From NCBI GenBank assembly GCA_947589595.1, contig CANQBV010000001.1:810-64809 (forward strand): DNA of 64,000 nt, read 5' to 3'. The stretch comes from an uncultured Clostridia bacterium (lineage in GTDB: Bacteria; Bacillota; Clostridia; Oscillospirales; SIG627). Below the pieces are notes generated by a model that was given only the letters and a program-made list of their open reading frames with translations, searched no databases and had not been told where the DNA came from. Shown here piece after piece: positions 25,440 through 35,372 of this stretch. How positions within the stretch are numbered: position 1 is the stretch's first letter; each line of letters starts with the position of its first letter. Made by a program: the position numbers and the translations under genes.

Positions 25440-26144
25440 ATGAAAAAAGAGTATCTTCCCCAAGAAAAGACCAAAATGCAGCCGCCGAAGCGCCATTTTC
25501 GCCCCGGTTTTGTTCTGCTGATCGCAGTCGTTTTTTCGTGCCTTCTCATCGCGGCAGCGGTTTTTCTTTCCCGGCAGGGCCTTTTGCCGGCGCTGCCGAC
25601 CCCTTTTTCGCCTTCCGAGTCGAAAAATGACGAGGAAACCTTGTCCTTGCCGGAATATGTGCAGGTCGATCTAATCGAGATCGACGGCGAATCGCGGCGC
25701 GGCGTGGAGCTGGAGGCCGTGCGGAATATTGTGGTGCACTATGTAGGCAATCCCGGAACCACGGCCCAGCAGAACCGCAATTGGTTCAATAACCCCGAAT
25801 CGGACACCAGCTCACATTTTGTGATCGGGCTGGAGGGCGAGGTCATTTTGTGCGTGCCGCTTTCGGAAAAATCCTCTGCTTCCAATTACCGCAACGGCGA
25901 CACGATTTCCATAGAAGTCTGCCACCCGGATGAAAGCGGCGTTTTTACGGAGGCAAGCTACAACCGCCTGGTGGAGCTCTGTGCCTGGCTTTGCCAGCAG
26001 TACCGCCTCACGCCGGACTGTTTGATCCGGCATTACGACGTCACCGGCAAACTTTGCCCCTTGTATTTTGTGGAGCATGAGGACGCCTGGAATACCTTTG
26101 TGTCCGACGTGCGCACGCTTTGGAAAAAGAATACGCGAGGATAA
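25440..26144 (+). CDS. membrane-anchored N-acetylmuramoyl-L-alanine amidase (Amidase_2/PGRP fold)
   Basis: 234 aa. TM anchor GFVLLIAVVFSCLLIAAAVFL. Amidase_2-like motifs IVVHYVGNPGTTAQQNRNWF, SSHFVIGLEGE, ISIEVCHPDESG and HYDVTGKLCP. Confidence 0.85.
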   Translation: MKKEYLPQEKTKMQPPKRHFRPGFVLLIAVVFSCLLIAAAVFLSRQGLLPALPTPFSPSESKNDEETLSLPEYVQVDLIEIDGESRRGVELEAVRNIVVHYVGNPGTTAQQNRNWFNNPESDTSSHFVIGLEGEVILCVPLSEKSSASNYRNGDTISIEVCHPDESGVFTEASYNRLVELCAWLCQQYRLTPDCLIRHYDVTGKLCPLYFVEHEDAWNTFVSDVRTLWKKNTRG

Positions 26145-26145
26145 C

Positions 26146-26874
26146 ATGAAAGAATTTTCAGAACGGCAGAAAAAAGGATTCGTCATCTTTGTTTTTTTGA
26201 TCTTTTTAGCCTTTTGCGGTGTGGTATCCTGGTATATCGGCAGACCCATGCTTCGCTTTGTACGGGAACCGGAGGCGTTTCGCCTTTGGGTGGATTCGCA
26301 CGGGCTTTTGGGAAAAATCGCCTTTGTGGGAATGATGGTTCTGCAGGTAATGATCGCGTTCATCCCCGGTGAGCCGCTGGAGCTTGGCGCCGGGTATGCA
26401 TTCGGCGCGGTGTGGGGAACGCTGCTTTGCCTGATTGGAATTTTCATTGGTTCTTTGCTGGTATTTTCCTTTGTGCGGAAATTCGGCGTGAAATTGGTAG
26501 AGGTGTTTTTCCCGGTCGAAAGGATTCAGCAGCTGCGTTTTTTGAAAAACACCAAGCGCTTTCATCGTATTACCTTTTTAATTTTTCTGATTCCCGGCAC
26601 CCCGAAGGATCTGCTTTGCTATGTCATGGGGCTGACCGATATCAGGCTTTCCGCTTTTTTGCTTATCAGTACGCTGGCAAGGCTCCCCTCGGTGGTCACC
26701 TCTACCGTAGCGGGCAATGCGCTGGGCGTGCAGCGCTATTTAGTGGCGGGGATCACGCTGGTGGTCACGCTCATTCTTTCCCTTGCCGGCATGAAGCTTT
26801 ACGACTGGATTTTGAAACGGCAGGCGCAAAAACGACAAGAATCAGCATCTAAAGGAGAAGACAATCATGCTTGA
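26146..26874 (+). CDS. TVP38/TMEM64 (DedA-related, SNARE-associated) family membrane protein
   Basis: Start at ATG 26146, 1 nt after the amidase stop. Motifs FIPGEPLELGAGYAFG and LIPGTPKDLLCYVMGLT are typical of the family. The track ORF from 26068 overlaps the amidase gene. Confidence 0.8.
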   Translation: MKEFSERQKKGFVIFVFLIFLAFCGVVSWYIGRPMLRFVREPEAFRLWVDSHGLLGKIAFVGMMVLQVMIAFIPGEPLELGAGYAFGAVWGTLLCLIGIFIGSLLVFSFVRKFGVKLVEVFFPVERIQQLRFLKNTKRFHRITFLIFLIPGTPKDLLCYVMGLTDIRLSAFLLISTLARLPSVVTSTVAGNALGVQRYLVAGITLVVTLILSLAGMKLYDWILKRQAQKRQESASKGEDNHA

Positions 26875-29617
26875 AACCCGAAATCTAACGAAAATCTACA
26901 CCCCCAAAAAAGGCGTTCCCGTAACGGCGCTGGGGAATGTTTCCCTCCTGTTTCCCAACAGCGGCATGGTATTTCTTTTGGGAAAATCCGGTTCGGGCAA
27001 ATCCACCCTTTTAAATCTTCTGGGCGGGCTGGACGCGGCGACGGGCGGCGAGATCATCATCAACGGCGTTTCCAGCAAGGCTTTTAAGCAAAGCGATTTC
27101 GATTCCTACCGCAATACCTATGTGGGCTTTATTTTTCAGGAATACAATGTTCTGGAGGAATTCACGGTCGGCGCGAATATTGCACTGGCGCTGGAGCTGC
27201 AGGGCAAAAAGGCGACCGATGAAGAGATCGGCAGGATTTTACACGAGGTCGATCTCGACGGCTACGGCGTCCGTCGACCCAATGAACTCTCCGGCGGGCA
27301 GAAGCAGCGCGTGGCCATTGCCCGCGCTTTGGTGAAGAACCCCGAGATTATTATGGCGGATGAACCCACCGGCGCGCTGGATTCCGCCACGGGCCGGCAG
27401 GTGCTGGAAACCCTGAAAAAGCTTTCGCGCGAAAAGCTGGTGATCGTGGTCTCGCACGACCGCGAATTTGCCGAAAAATACGCCGACCGCATTGTCGAGC
27501 TGGCAGACGGCGCCGTGATTTCCGATCAGGAATTTTGTGCCGAAGAAACCCCGGAAACAGAGGGGATTTCCTTTGAGGGAGATTCCTGTCTCGTCAGCGC
27601 CGGGTACCACCTTACCGATTCCGACCGTTTGGCGATCAATGCTTATATCGATTCTTTAAAGGAGGGAACGCTTTCCTTAAAGCTCGATTCCAAGCACGGC
27701 TCCGGCCGGAAATTCGCGCCGACCGATCTTGTGCGGCTCGCCGCTGAAAAGCTGCCTGATTTCCGGCTCATCCGTTCGCGCCTGCCCATGAAAAACGCCT
27801 TTCCGATTGGGGTGAGCGGGTTAAAGTATAAAAAATTCCGTCTGGTGATCACAATTTTGCTTTCCTGCATTGCCTTTGGTCTTTTTGGCCTGGCAGATAC
27901 CTTTGCCGCGTACGACCACGTCAATACCTGCACCAATTCCTTGCTCGACAGCAACATTCCCTATGCCTCCCTGCAAAAAGCGGTACTGGTGGAAAACGGC
28001 GACCACAGTTACTACAACTCCTGGGAGCAGTATCTGAACGACGCGGACCTGGAGGAAATCAAAGCCGCGACCGGCGTTTTGGTGAGCGGCGTTTATGCGC
28101 CGAACAGCCTGGATCTATCCTTCTCCCGGCATTATGATACGGAAGCGGAATTCACCGAAACGGAGTACCACATTTATCCTTACGCTTTCAACGGCTTTGC
28201 CGAAATTTCTTCCGAGGTTTTGCAGCAAATGAACGCCACCTTGGTGGCGGGCAGCTTGCCGGACGGCAGGAAAAACGAAATTCTCATTTCCTCGTACGTC
28301 TGCGAAACCTTCTGTATTGGCGGTTATCGGGCGCCGGGCAGGGAAACGGAATCCTTCGAAAAAATTAAATCCCCGGCCGATATGGTGGGCAAGCGCCTTG
28401 AGCTTGCCGGCGAGGAATACGTCGTTTCCGGCGTGGTCGATACCGGGTTCGATCTGGAGCGGTACCGCTCTCTGACCGAAGAAAAACCGGATCCCTCCAC
28501 GGCAGATCTTTTGGTGGACTACGCGCTGTATTCGGAGCTCATGGATCTGCGCCGCTACAGCCTGAACCAGGTGGCGCTGGTAGGAAACGGCTTTTTGGAG
28601 CGGTATCTGGAAAATCAGCCGACCACCAAAATGATCTCCCGCGGGCGCTTGTTCTTGGAAACCTCCGACGGCGAGTATTATTTCTATCCCGATTATTTCG
28701 GTACAATGGCGGATCTCAAAAATACCGAGATCCTTTGGTTGGGAGACGAAAAGCGGGAGCTTGCCGAAAACGAAGCCGTTGTTTCGCTGGAATATCTCAT
28801 GAACAGCGGCATTCTGGATTCGTTAAAGCTGGAGGGCTTCGGGAGCGATCTGACCCGGGAAGAACTGATCCGCACGGCTTTATCCGGGCATGAGACGGTC
28901 AATCTTTCCTATACGATCTACGAAGGAGAGTACTACGAGAGTCCCAGTAAGGAGTACCGCATTGTCGGCGTCATTGATATTGAAAAATATCCGCAAATGC
29001 AGTGGACGATCGTTTTAAACGAAATACCGGATTCCCGGCTGATCTCCGATACGGACGGCATTTATTCCTATGCGGTCGGTTCCATGCCCAAGGAGCGGGA
29101 AGAAGTGCGCAATCTGGTTTCTTACAGCTACCGCGAAGGAGCGCCGGTACGCTATGAATTGATGAACTCCGTCACCTTTGAACTGGACGCTGTGAACGAG
29201 GTGTTCCAGGTGTTGGCTCGCGTGTTTGTTTGGATCGGCGTCGGCTTTGCCGTCTTTGCCTCCATTATGCTGGCGAATTTCATTTCCACCAGTATTTCCT
29301 ACAAAAAACAGGAGATCGGTATTCTGCGCGCCATCGGTTCCCGCGGGAACGACGTTTTTCGCATTTTCTTCTCGGAAAGCTTTGTGATTGCGATGATCAA
29401 TTTTGCGCTGTCATCGCTCGGCGTTTTCACGGCCACCGTGCTGATCAATGTGCTGGTGCGGAAGGAATTGGGCATTCTCATTACCGTGGTAAGCTTCGGC
29501 CTGCGGCAGCTTTTGCTGCTCTTTGTTGTCAGTGTCGGCGTGGCGTTGTTGGCCAGCTTTTTCCCGGTCAAACGTATTGCCGCCAAACGGCCGATCGATG
29601 CGATCCGCAACCGATAG
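26867..29617 (+). CDS. fused MacB/FtsX-type ABC transporter (N-terminal ATPase + 4-TM FtsX permease with ~430-aa extracytoplasmic domain)
   Basis: 916 aa; 8-nt overlap with the TVP38 gene. Walker [10 protein letters not shown], signature [15 protein letters not shown], Walker [13 protein letters not shown]. One TM near residue 340, a long hydrophilic region, then three C-terminal TM helices with the FtsX-like motif EIGILRAIG. Confidence 0.85.
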   Translation: MLETRNLTKIYTPKKGVPVTALGNVSLLFPNSGMVFLLGKSGSGKSTLLNLLGGLDAATGGEIIINGVSSKAFKQSDFDSYRNTYVGFIFQEYNVLEEFTVGANIALALELQGKKATDEEIGRILHEVDLDGYGVRRPNELSGGQKQRVAIARALVKNPEIIMADEPTGALDSATGRQVLETLKKLSREKLVIVVSHDREFAEKYADRIVELADGAVISDQEFCAEETPETEGISFEGDSCLVSAGYHLTDSDRLAINAYIDSLKEGTLSLKLDSKHGSGRKFAPTDLVRLAAEKLPDFRLIRSRLPMKNAFPIGVSGLKYKKFRLVITILLSCIAFGLFGLADTFAAYDHVNTCTNSLLDSNIPYASLQKAVLVENGDHSYYNSWEQYLNDADLEEIKAATGVLVSGVYAPNSLDLSFSRHYDTEAEFTETEYHIYPYAFNGFAEISSEVLQQMNATLVAGSLPDGRKNEILISSYVCETFCIGGYRAPGRETESFEKIKSPADMVGKRLELAGEEYVVSGVVDTGFDLERYRSLTEEKPDPSTADLLVDYALYSELMDLRRYSLNQVALVGNGFLERYLENQPTTKMISRGRLFLETSDGEYYFYPDYFGTMADLKNTEILWLGDEKRELAENEAVVSLEYLMNSGILDSLKLEGFGSDLTREELIRTALSGHETVNLSYTIYEGEYYESPSKEYRIVGVIDIEKYPQMQWTIVLNEIPDSRLISDTDGIYSYAVGSMPKEREEVRNLVSYSYREGAPVRYELMNSVTFELDAVNEVFQVLARVFVWIGVGFAVFASIMLANFISTSISYKKQEIGILRAIGSRGNDVFRIFFSESFVIAMINFALSSLGVFTATVLINVLVRKELGILITVVSFGLRQLLLLFVVSVGVALLASFFPVKRIAAKRPIDAIRNR

Positions 29618-29632
29618 AATCTGATCAGAAAA

Positions 29633-29658
29633 GGAGCAGGAACCCTGCTCCTTTTTTG
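29633..29658 (+). terminator. rho-independent terminator of the five-gene operon
   Basis: Stem AGGAGCAGG (29633-29641) / CCTGCTCCT (29645-29653) followed by TTTTT. Confidence 0.85.
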
Positions 29659-29727
29659 CGTGGGGAGCTTTTTGAAAAAAAGGATGGAAAAATCGGCTCT
29701 CTTTCGGAAAAAGTTCGCATAAAAGGC

Positions 29728-29756
29728 TTGACAATTGCGGGAGATCGGACTATAAT
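29728..29756 (+). promoter_or_regulatory. consensus sigma-70 promoter of the yerC-like/his operon
   Basis: TTGACA (29728-29733), exactly 17 nt of spacer, TATAAT (29751-29756). Confidence 0.7.
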
Positions 29757-29807
29757 TTACCAAGATAGCGCATTATTACGATAAAGTACTAAAGTGAGGA
29801 ACGCGAT

Positions 29808-30104
29808 ATGAACCGTTGGCATACGCCGGATATTGATATTTTGTACGAAGCCATTCTCGGGCTTCAGACCAAAGAGGAGTGCGCTCGCTTTTTTGAAGAC
29901 GCCTGCACCATCAAGGAAATTTTAGACATCGCGCAGCGGCTGAAGGTGGCGCGCCTTTTAAAAAGCGGCGCCAGCTATACGGCCATCAGTAAGGAAACCG
30001 GCGTCAGCGCGGCTACCATCAGCCGGGTCAGCAAGTGCCTGGAATATGGCAGCGGCGGCTATCAGGTGGTACTTGAGCGCTTGGAAAAGGAAGAAAAGGC
30101 ATGA
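29808..30104 (+). CDS. YerC/YecD (TrpR-like) family DNA-binding protein; candidate histidine-operon regulator
   Basis: 98 aa. Family-typical sequence LQTKEECARFFEDACTIKEILDIAQRLKVARLL and helix-turn-helix SYTAISKETGVSAATISRVSKCL. ATGA overlap with hisZ. Confidence 0.8.
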   Translation: MNRWHTPDIDILYEAILGLQTKEECARFFEDACTIKEILDIAQRLKVARLLKSGASYTAISKETGVSAATISRVSKCLEYGSGGYQVVLERLEKEEKA

Positions 30105-31204
30105 TCGACGAAAAAATTTTAAAAAGCGAAGAAAAAGCCATTTACGCCCTGCGCGCTTTGTATAAAAAATACGGCTATCTGCCGTTTAAAATGAATAAGT
30201 TCGAGGAATACGAACTGTATTTGGAAAACAAGGATTTTTTGGTCAGCAACCGGATCATTACCTTCAACGACACCACCGGCAAGCTTTTGGCGCTGAAACC
30301 CGACGTGACGCTTTCGATCATTAAAAACAGTGAAGACCGCCCGGGATACAAGCAAAAAACGGTCTATAACGAAAACGTTTACCGTGTTTCCGGCAGGACC
30401 GGGCAGTATCAAGAGATCATGCAGACCGGGCTGGAGTGCATCGGGGACCTGGATCTTTACGATATTTTCGAAGTGCTTTCGCTGGCGGCAAAAAGTCTGG
30501 GCTTGATCATGCCGGAATTTGAACTGGACATTTCCCACCTCGGCATTCTTTCCGCCTTGCTGGAGGAAGCCGGCGGGGACGAAGCCTTCCGCAAAAAGGC
30601 GTCCTCCTACATTGCCGAAAAAAACACCCACGATTTAGAGCGCCTGTGTAAAGCGGCGGGCATTGAACCGGAAAAGGCCGCACGCCTTACCGCTGTTACC
30701 GGGATTTACGGCGAACGGAAAACCGTACTGAAAAAGCTTCTGCCCCTTTGCGATAGCCGGGCTGCGAAAGCGGCGTGGGAGGAACTCAAGGCGCTGGATG
30801 CGCTTTTGAGTTTGAGCGAGTTCAGCGAAAGAATCTGCTATGATTTTTCGATCGTCAACGATATGGCCTACTACAACGGCATTGTTTTCAAGGGCTTTTT
30901 AAAAGGGATCTGCGAGGGCGTGCTGGCCGGCGGCCGGTACGACAAGCTCATGCAGAAAATGGGCAAAAAATCCGGTGCGATCGGCTTTGCCCTGTACTTG
31001 GACCTATTGGAAGAAAACAAAGCGCCGTCCGCCGCCTTCGATGTGGATACGCTGCTGCTGTATGACGCCGCGACTCCTCCGGAGGAGGTTTGGCAAACCG
31101 TCCGGCAATTGACGAGCGAAAATTTAAGCGTGAGCGCGCAGCGCGCCGTCCCCGAAAAACTGCGCTTCCGCCGGATTTTGGATTTGAGAAAGGAGAGGGC
31201 ATGA
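30101..31204 (+). CDS. hisZ: ATP phosphoribosyltransferase regulatory subunit HisZ
   Basis: 367 aa, HisRS-like paralog without an anticodon-binding domain, located upstream of a short-form hisG. Confidence 0.9.
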   Translation: MIDEKILKSEEKAIYALRALYKKYGYLPFKMNKFEEYELYLENKDFLVSNRIITFNDTTGKLLALKPDVTLSIIKNSEDRPGYKQKTVYNENVYRVSGRTGQYQEIMQTGLECIGDLDLYDIFEVLSLAAKSLGLIMPEFELDISHLGILSALLEEAGGDEAFRKKASSYIAEKNTHDLERLCKAAGIEPEKAARLTAVTGIYGERKTVLKKLLPLCDSRAAKAAWEELKALDALLSLSEFSERICYDFSIVNDMAYYNGIVFKGFLKGICEGVLAGGRYDKLMQKMGKKSGAIGFALYLDLLEENKAPSAAFDVDTLLLYDAATPPEEVWQTVRQLTSENLSVSAQRAVPEKLRFRRILDLRKERA

Positions 31205-31827
31205 TCAATATCGCACTTCCCAAGGGCAGACTCGGAGAAAAGGTCTACGCCATGTTCGAAGCCGCCGGCTACGAATGTCCCTCCATTAAAGAGGAAAGCC
31301 GCAAGCTGATTTTTGAAAATCCTGAAAAAGGCGTCCGGTATTTTTGGGTCAAGCCCTCCGACGTTTCGATTTATGTGGAGCGCGGCGCGGCCGATATCGG
31401 GGTTGCCGGGAAGGATATTCTCTTGGAATACGAACCGCAGCTCTATGAACTGCTGGATTTAAATATCGGCAAATGCAAAATGGCGGTGGCCGCCAAAAAG
31501 GATTTTTACGATTCGGGCGATTCCACCCTGAAGGTCGCCACGAAATTCTGCAATATTGCCCGGCAATACTATGCCTCGCTGGGTCGGGAGATCGATATCA
31601 TCAAGCTCAACGGCTCCATTGAACTGGCGCCGGTACTGGGGCTTTCCGACGTGATCGTGGATATTGTGGAAACCGGCAAAACCTTAAAGGAAAACGATCT
31701 GGAGGTGCGGGCGGATATTGTCCCGATCAGCGCAAGGCTCGTGGCCAATCAGTCCGCGTTTCGTTTCCAGTCCCAAAAAATCGAAGAAATTGTTCAGGAA
31801 TTAAAGGCACAGGTACAAAAAGTATGA
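31201..31827 (+). CDS. hisG: ATP phosphoribosyltransferase, short form
   Basis: Start at ATG 31201 (MINIALPKGRL), overlapping the hisZ stop; 208 aa. The track ORF from 31090 is an out-of-context extension. Confidence 0.93.
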   Translation: MINIALPKGRLGEKVYAMFEAAGYECPSIKEESRKLIFENPEKGVRYFWVKPSDVSIYVERGAADIGVAGKDILLEYEPQLYELLDLNIGKCKMAVAAKKDFYDSGDSTLKVATKFCNIARQYYASLGREIDIIKLNGSIELAPVLGLSDVIVDIVETGKTLKENDLEVRADIVPISARLVANQSAFRFQSQKIEEIVQELKAQVQKV

Positions 31828-33107
31828 TCCGTATTCTCTCTTTCGGCGAAGTGCCGAACTGTGAAATTTTTGCGCGGCAGGATCCCGTTTCCCACGTGGA
31901 GGGGGTCGTGGCGGAAATTCTTCATGAGGTCAAAGAAAAAAAAGACGCCGCGCTTTTTGCCTATACCGAAAAGTTCGACCGTGCAAAGCTTACTTCTTTA
32001 GAAGTGACGCCGGCAGAAATCAAGGAAGCCGTCTTGCTGGTGGAGCCGTCGTTTTTGGAAATTCTAAAGGAAGCGGCGGCCAATATCCGCACTTTCCATG
32101 AAAAGCAAAAACGAACCGGCTTTCTCCTCAGTGAAAACGAGGGCGTGATCACCGGCCAGAAAATCACCCCGATTGAAAAGGTGGGGCTTTACGTCCCCGG
32201 CGGCAAGGCGGCCTATCCTTCCACCGTTTTAATGGATAGCATTCCCGCCAAAATTGCCGGCTGCAGCAAGCTTTTTATGGTTACCCCGCCGGACGCCGAG
32301 GGCAAGATCAATCCCGCGATTTTAGCGGCGGCGAAAATTGCCGGCGTGGATCGCATTTTTAAGGTCGGCGGCGCACAGGCGATCGCCGCTCTGGCCTTTG
32401 GTACGGAAACGATTCCGAAGGTGGATAAAATTGTCGGCCCCGGCAACGCCTTTGTGGCGGAAGCCAAAAAGCAGGTATTCGGCAAGGTCGCGATCGATAT
32501 GATCGCCGGCCCCAGCGAAATTCTGGTGGTGGCGGACGCGGCTCAGAACCCCGCTTTTGTGGCGGCGGATCTTTTGTCGCAGGCCGAGCACGACCAAAAC
32601 GCCAGCGCGGTGCTTGTGACCGACAGTCGCCTGTTTGCCGAAAAGGTAAGTGCGGAGATCGAAAAGCAGCTTCTGCTTTTGCCGCGGCAGGAAATTGCCC
32701 GCGAATCGATCGATCAAAACGGCAAGATCATTGTGGCGGAAAACGATTTGGAAAAAGCCATTGAAATTGCCAATGAACTTGCCCCGGAGCATTTGGAGCT
32801 TTGCGTGGAGCATCCGTTTGACCTTTTGGATCGCATTCACCATGCCGGGTCGATCTTCTTGGGAAAATACTGTCCGGAGGCTTTGGGCGATTATTTTGCC
32901 GGACCGAACCACACCCTGCCCACCGGCGGCACCGCGCGCTTTTCTTCGCCGCTTTCCGTGGATGATTTTGTCAAGAAATCGCAGTTTACCTATTATACCG
33001 CCGACGCGCTCTCCCGGGTTTCCGAAAAGGTTGCCGCCTTTGCCGAAAAGGAGGGGCTGGACGCCCACGCCCGGAGCGCACGCATCCGTTTTGAGGAGAA
33101 AAAATGA
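31824..33107 (+). CDS. hisD: histidinol dehydrogenase
   Basis: 427 aa with HisD motifs ([17 protein letters not shown]) and operon context. Confidence 0.95.
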   Translation: MIRILSFGEVPNCEIFARQDPVSHVEGVVAEILHEVKEKKDAALFAYTEKFDRAKLTSLEVTPAEIKEAVLLVEPSFLEILKEAAANIRTFHEKQKRTGFLLSENEGVITGQKITPIEKVGLYVPGGKAAYPSTVLMDSIPAKIAGCSKLFMVTPPDAEGKINPAILAAAKIAGVDRIFKVGGAQAIAALAFGTETIPKVDKIVGPGNAFVAEAKKQVFGKVAIDMIAGPSEILVVADAAQNPAFVAADLLSQAEHDQNASAVLVTDSRLFAEKVSAEIEKQLLLLPRQEIARESIDQNGKIIVAENDLEKAIEIANELAPEHLELCVEHPFDLLDRIHHAGSIFLGKYCPEALGDYFAGPNHTLPTGGTARFSSPLSVDDFVKKSQFTYYTADALSRVSEKVAAFAEKEGLDAHARSARIRFEEKK

Positions 33108-34171
33108 GCCGCTTTTTTACGTCCAAGCTCTCCGGCCTTTCCCCCTATACGCCCGGGGAACAGCCGAAGGATCAGCAATATATCAAACTCAATACCAATG
33201 AATCCCCCTTTCCGCCCTCGCCCTCGGTGGCAGCGGCGGTGCAAGGGGAAGTGGAAAAGCTGCAATTGTATTCCGATCCGGAATGCACGAGGCTCACGCA
33301 AAAGCTGGCCGAGCGCTATGGGGTCGATCCCGATATGGTTCTCGTCACCAACGGCTCCGATGAAGTATTAAACTTTGCGTTTTTAGCGTTTTCCGATGCA
33401 GCGCGGCCGCTGATTTTCCCGGATATTACCTATGGCTTTTACCCTGTTTTCGCGGAACTGAACCGGATTCCTTATACGGAAATTCCCTTAAAGAAAGATT
33501 TTTCGATTGACGTGCAGGACTACCTGGTAAAGGGAAAAACCGCAGTGATCGCCAATCCCAATGCCCCTACCGGGCTGGCGCTTTCTTTGGCGGAGATCGA
33601 AAAAATCGTGGCCTTCGACCCTGACCGCGTGGTCATTGTGGACGAAGCGTATGTGGATTTCGGGGCGGAAAGCGCGGTAGGCCTTGTTTCCCGCTACGAC
33701 AATCTTTTGGTGACGCAGACCTTTTCCAAATCCCGCTCCATGGCGGGCGCCAGGCTCGGCTTCGGGATCGGCAGCAACGGGCTGATCGCCGATTTGAATA
33801 CCATTAAGTTTTCTACCAACCCCTATAACGTCAACCGCCTCAGCGCGGCGGCGGGGGTGGCGGCGCTGGCGGAAGACGCATATTACAGCGCCAACTGCCG
33901 CACCATCGAAAAGAACCGTCAAATGACAACGTCGGCGCTGACAGACCTCGGCTTTACCGTTTTGGATTCCAAGGCGAATTTTGTTTTTGCGTGCTCGAGC
34001 CGTATCGACGGGGAAGAGCTCTATCGCAAATGTAAGGAAAAAGGCGTTCTGATCCGCCATTTTTCTAAAGAAAGAATTTCGGGTTTTAACCGCATCACCA
34101 TCGGGACCGAAGCCGAAATGCAGGCTTTTATTCAGGTTGTGAAAACCATATTGGAGGAAAAAGAAAAATGA
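33104..34171 (+). CDS. hisC: histidinol-phosphate aminotransferase
   Basis: 355 aa, class-II aminotransferase; PLP lysine context TFSKSRSMAGARLG. Confidence 0.93.
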   Translation: MSRFFTSKLSGLSPYTPGEQPKDQQYIKLNTNESPFPPSPSVAAAVQGEVEKLQLYSDPECTRLTQKLAERYGVDPDMVLVTNGSDEVLNFAFLAFSDAARPLIFPDITYGFYPVFAELNRIPYTEIPLKKDFSIDVQDYLVKGKTAVIANPNAPTGLALSLAEIEKIVAFDPDRVVIVDEAYVDFGAESAVGLVSRYDNLLVTQTFSKSRSMAGARLGFGIGSNGLIADLNTIKFSTNPYNVNRLSAAAGVAALAEDAYYSANCRTIEKNRQMTTSALTDLGFTVLDSKANFVFACSSRIDGEELYRKCKEKGVLIRHFSKERISGFNRITIGTEAEMQAFIQVVKTILEEKEK

Positions 34172-34758
34172 GAGAAGCGAGTATCAAGAGAGAAACCGCT
34201 GAAACGAAAATCAATTTGACCTTGAATTTGGACGGCAGCGGTGTTTTTCAAGGAAATTCGGGCTGCGGGTTTCTGAATCATATGCTCACGCTTTTTGCCA
34301 AGCATGCGAGCTTTGATCTTTCTCTTTCCTGCAAGGGCGATGCCGAGGTGGATTTTCATCACACTACCGAAGATATCGGCATTTGCCTGGGCAAAGCGTT
34401 TTCTCAGGCGTTGGGAGACAAAAAAGGCATCTGCCGCTACGGCGACAGACTCCTGCCCATGGACGAAGCGCTCATTCTTTCCGCCGTAGATCTTTCCGGC
34501 CGGGGCGGGCTATCTATGGATCTTGAGATCCCCGCCGAAAAGGTGGGCGATTTCGATACCGAACTGTGTGAAGAATTTTTTGCCGCCTTCGCGCGCGAAG
34601 CGGGCGTGACCCTGCATATCCGCAAGCTCGCGGGTAAGAATTCTCACCATATCATCGAAGGCGCGTTCAAATCCGTGGCGAGAAGCCTTTGCGCCGCCAT
34701 CGCCATTGATGCGCGCCGCGCCGGGGAAATTCCTTCTACAAAGGGTGTTCTCGGATGA
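34168..34758 (+). CDS. hisB: imidazoleglycerol-phosphate dehydratase
   Basis: 196 aa with IGPD motifs (RETAETKI, HHTTEDIGI, NSHHIIEGAFK). Confidence 0.95.
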   Translation: MREASIKRETAETKINLTLNLDGSGVFQGNSGCGFLNHMLTLFAKHASFDLSLSCKGDAEVDFHHTTEDIGICLGKAFSQALGDKKGICRYGDRLLPMDEALILSAVDLSGRGGLSMDLEIPAEKVGDFDTELCEEFFAAFAREAGVTLHIRKLAGKNSHHIIEGAFKSVARSLCAAIAIDARRAGEIPSTKGVLG

Positions 34759-35372
34759 TTGCGATTTTAAACTACGGCGTGGGAAATTTATTTTCCCTTT
34801 CGTCCTCGCTGGCCTTTCTCGGTGCAGAGGCGAAAATTACGGCTGATCCTGCCGAAATCCGGGGCGCAGATAAGCTGATCCTGCCGGGTGTCGGCGCCTT
34901 TGGCGACGCGGCGACAAAGCTCCGCCAAAGCGGACTGGATGAAATTTTGAAAGAAGAGGCCGCCCGCGGCAAACCCATTTTGGGCATATGCCTTGGCATG
35001 CAGCTTTTGTTTGAAAAAAGTCTGGAATTGGGTGAATATGAAGGGCTGGGACTTTTAAAGGGAAGCGTTGTGCCCATGGAGGGCGTGATTCCCACTCACT
35101 TTAAAATTCCACACATTGGGTGGAATGCGCTGCATTTTCCCAAAGCGCACCCACTTTTTCGCACCGTCAGCGAAGGGGACTGCGTGTATTTTGTGCATTC
35201 TTATTACGCGGCGGATTCGGAGGATGTGATCGCCACGGCGGAATACGGAATAGACGTCACCGCCGCCGTCGCGAAAGGGAATGTTATGGGCTGCCAGTTC
35301 CATCCCGAAAAAAGCGGTACGGTGGGGCTTTCCATTTTGCGCGCCTTTTGTGAATGGGAGGAAAATGCATGA
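34755..35372 (+). CDS. hisH: imidazole glycerol phosphate synthase, glutaminase subunit
   Basis: 205 aa, class-I glutamine amidotransferase; nucleophile context GICLGMQ; QFHPEKS. Confidence 0.95.
   Translation: MIAILNYGVGNLFSLSSSLAFLGAEAKITADPAEIRGADKLILPGVGAFGDAATKLRQSGLDEILKEEAARGKPILGICLGMQLLFEKSLELGEYEGLGLLKGSVVPMEGVIPTHFKIPHIGWNALHFPKAHPLFRTVSEGDCVYFVHSYYAADSEDVIATAEYGIDVTAAVAKGNVMGCQFHPEKSGTVGLSILRAFCEWEENA

Noticed and set aside
13637-29807. Prophage, ICE or transposon origin of the accessory block around tRNA-Thr.
   Set aside because: I saw no integrase, transposase, phage structural or conjugation genes, no IS termini, and no duplicated tRNA 3' segment. Composition looks similar to the flanks by eye. 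It remains possible that this is an old island; see the tRNA finding.
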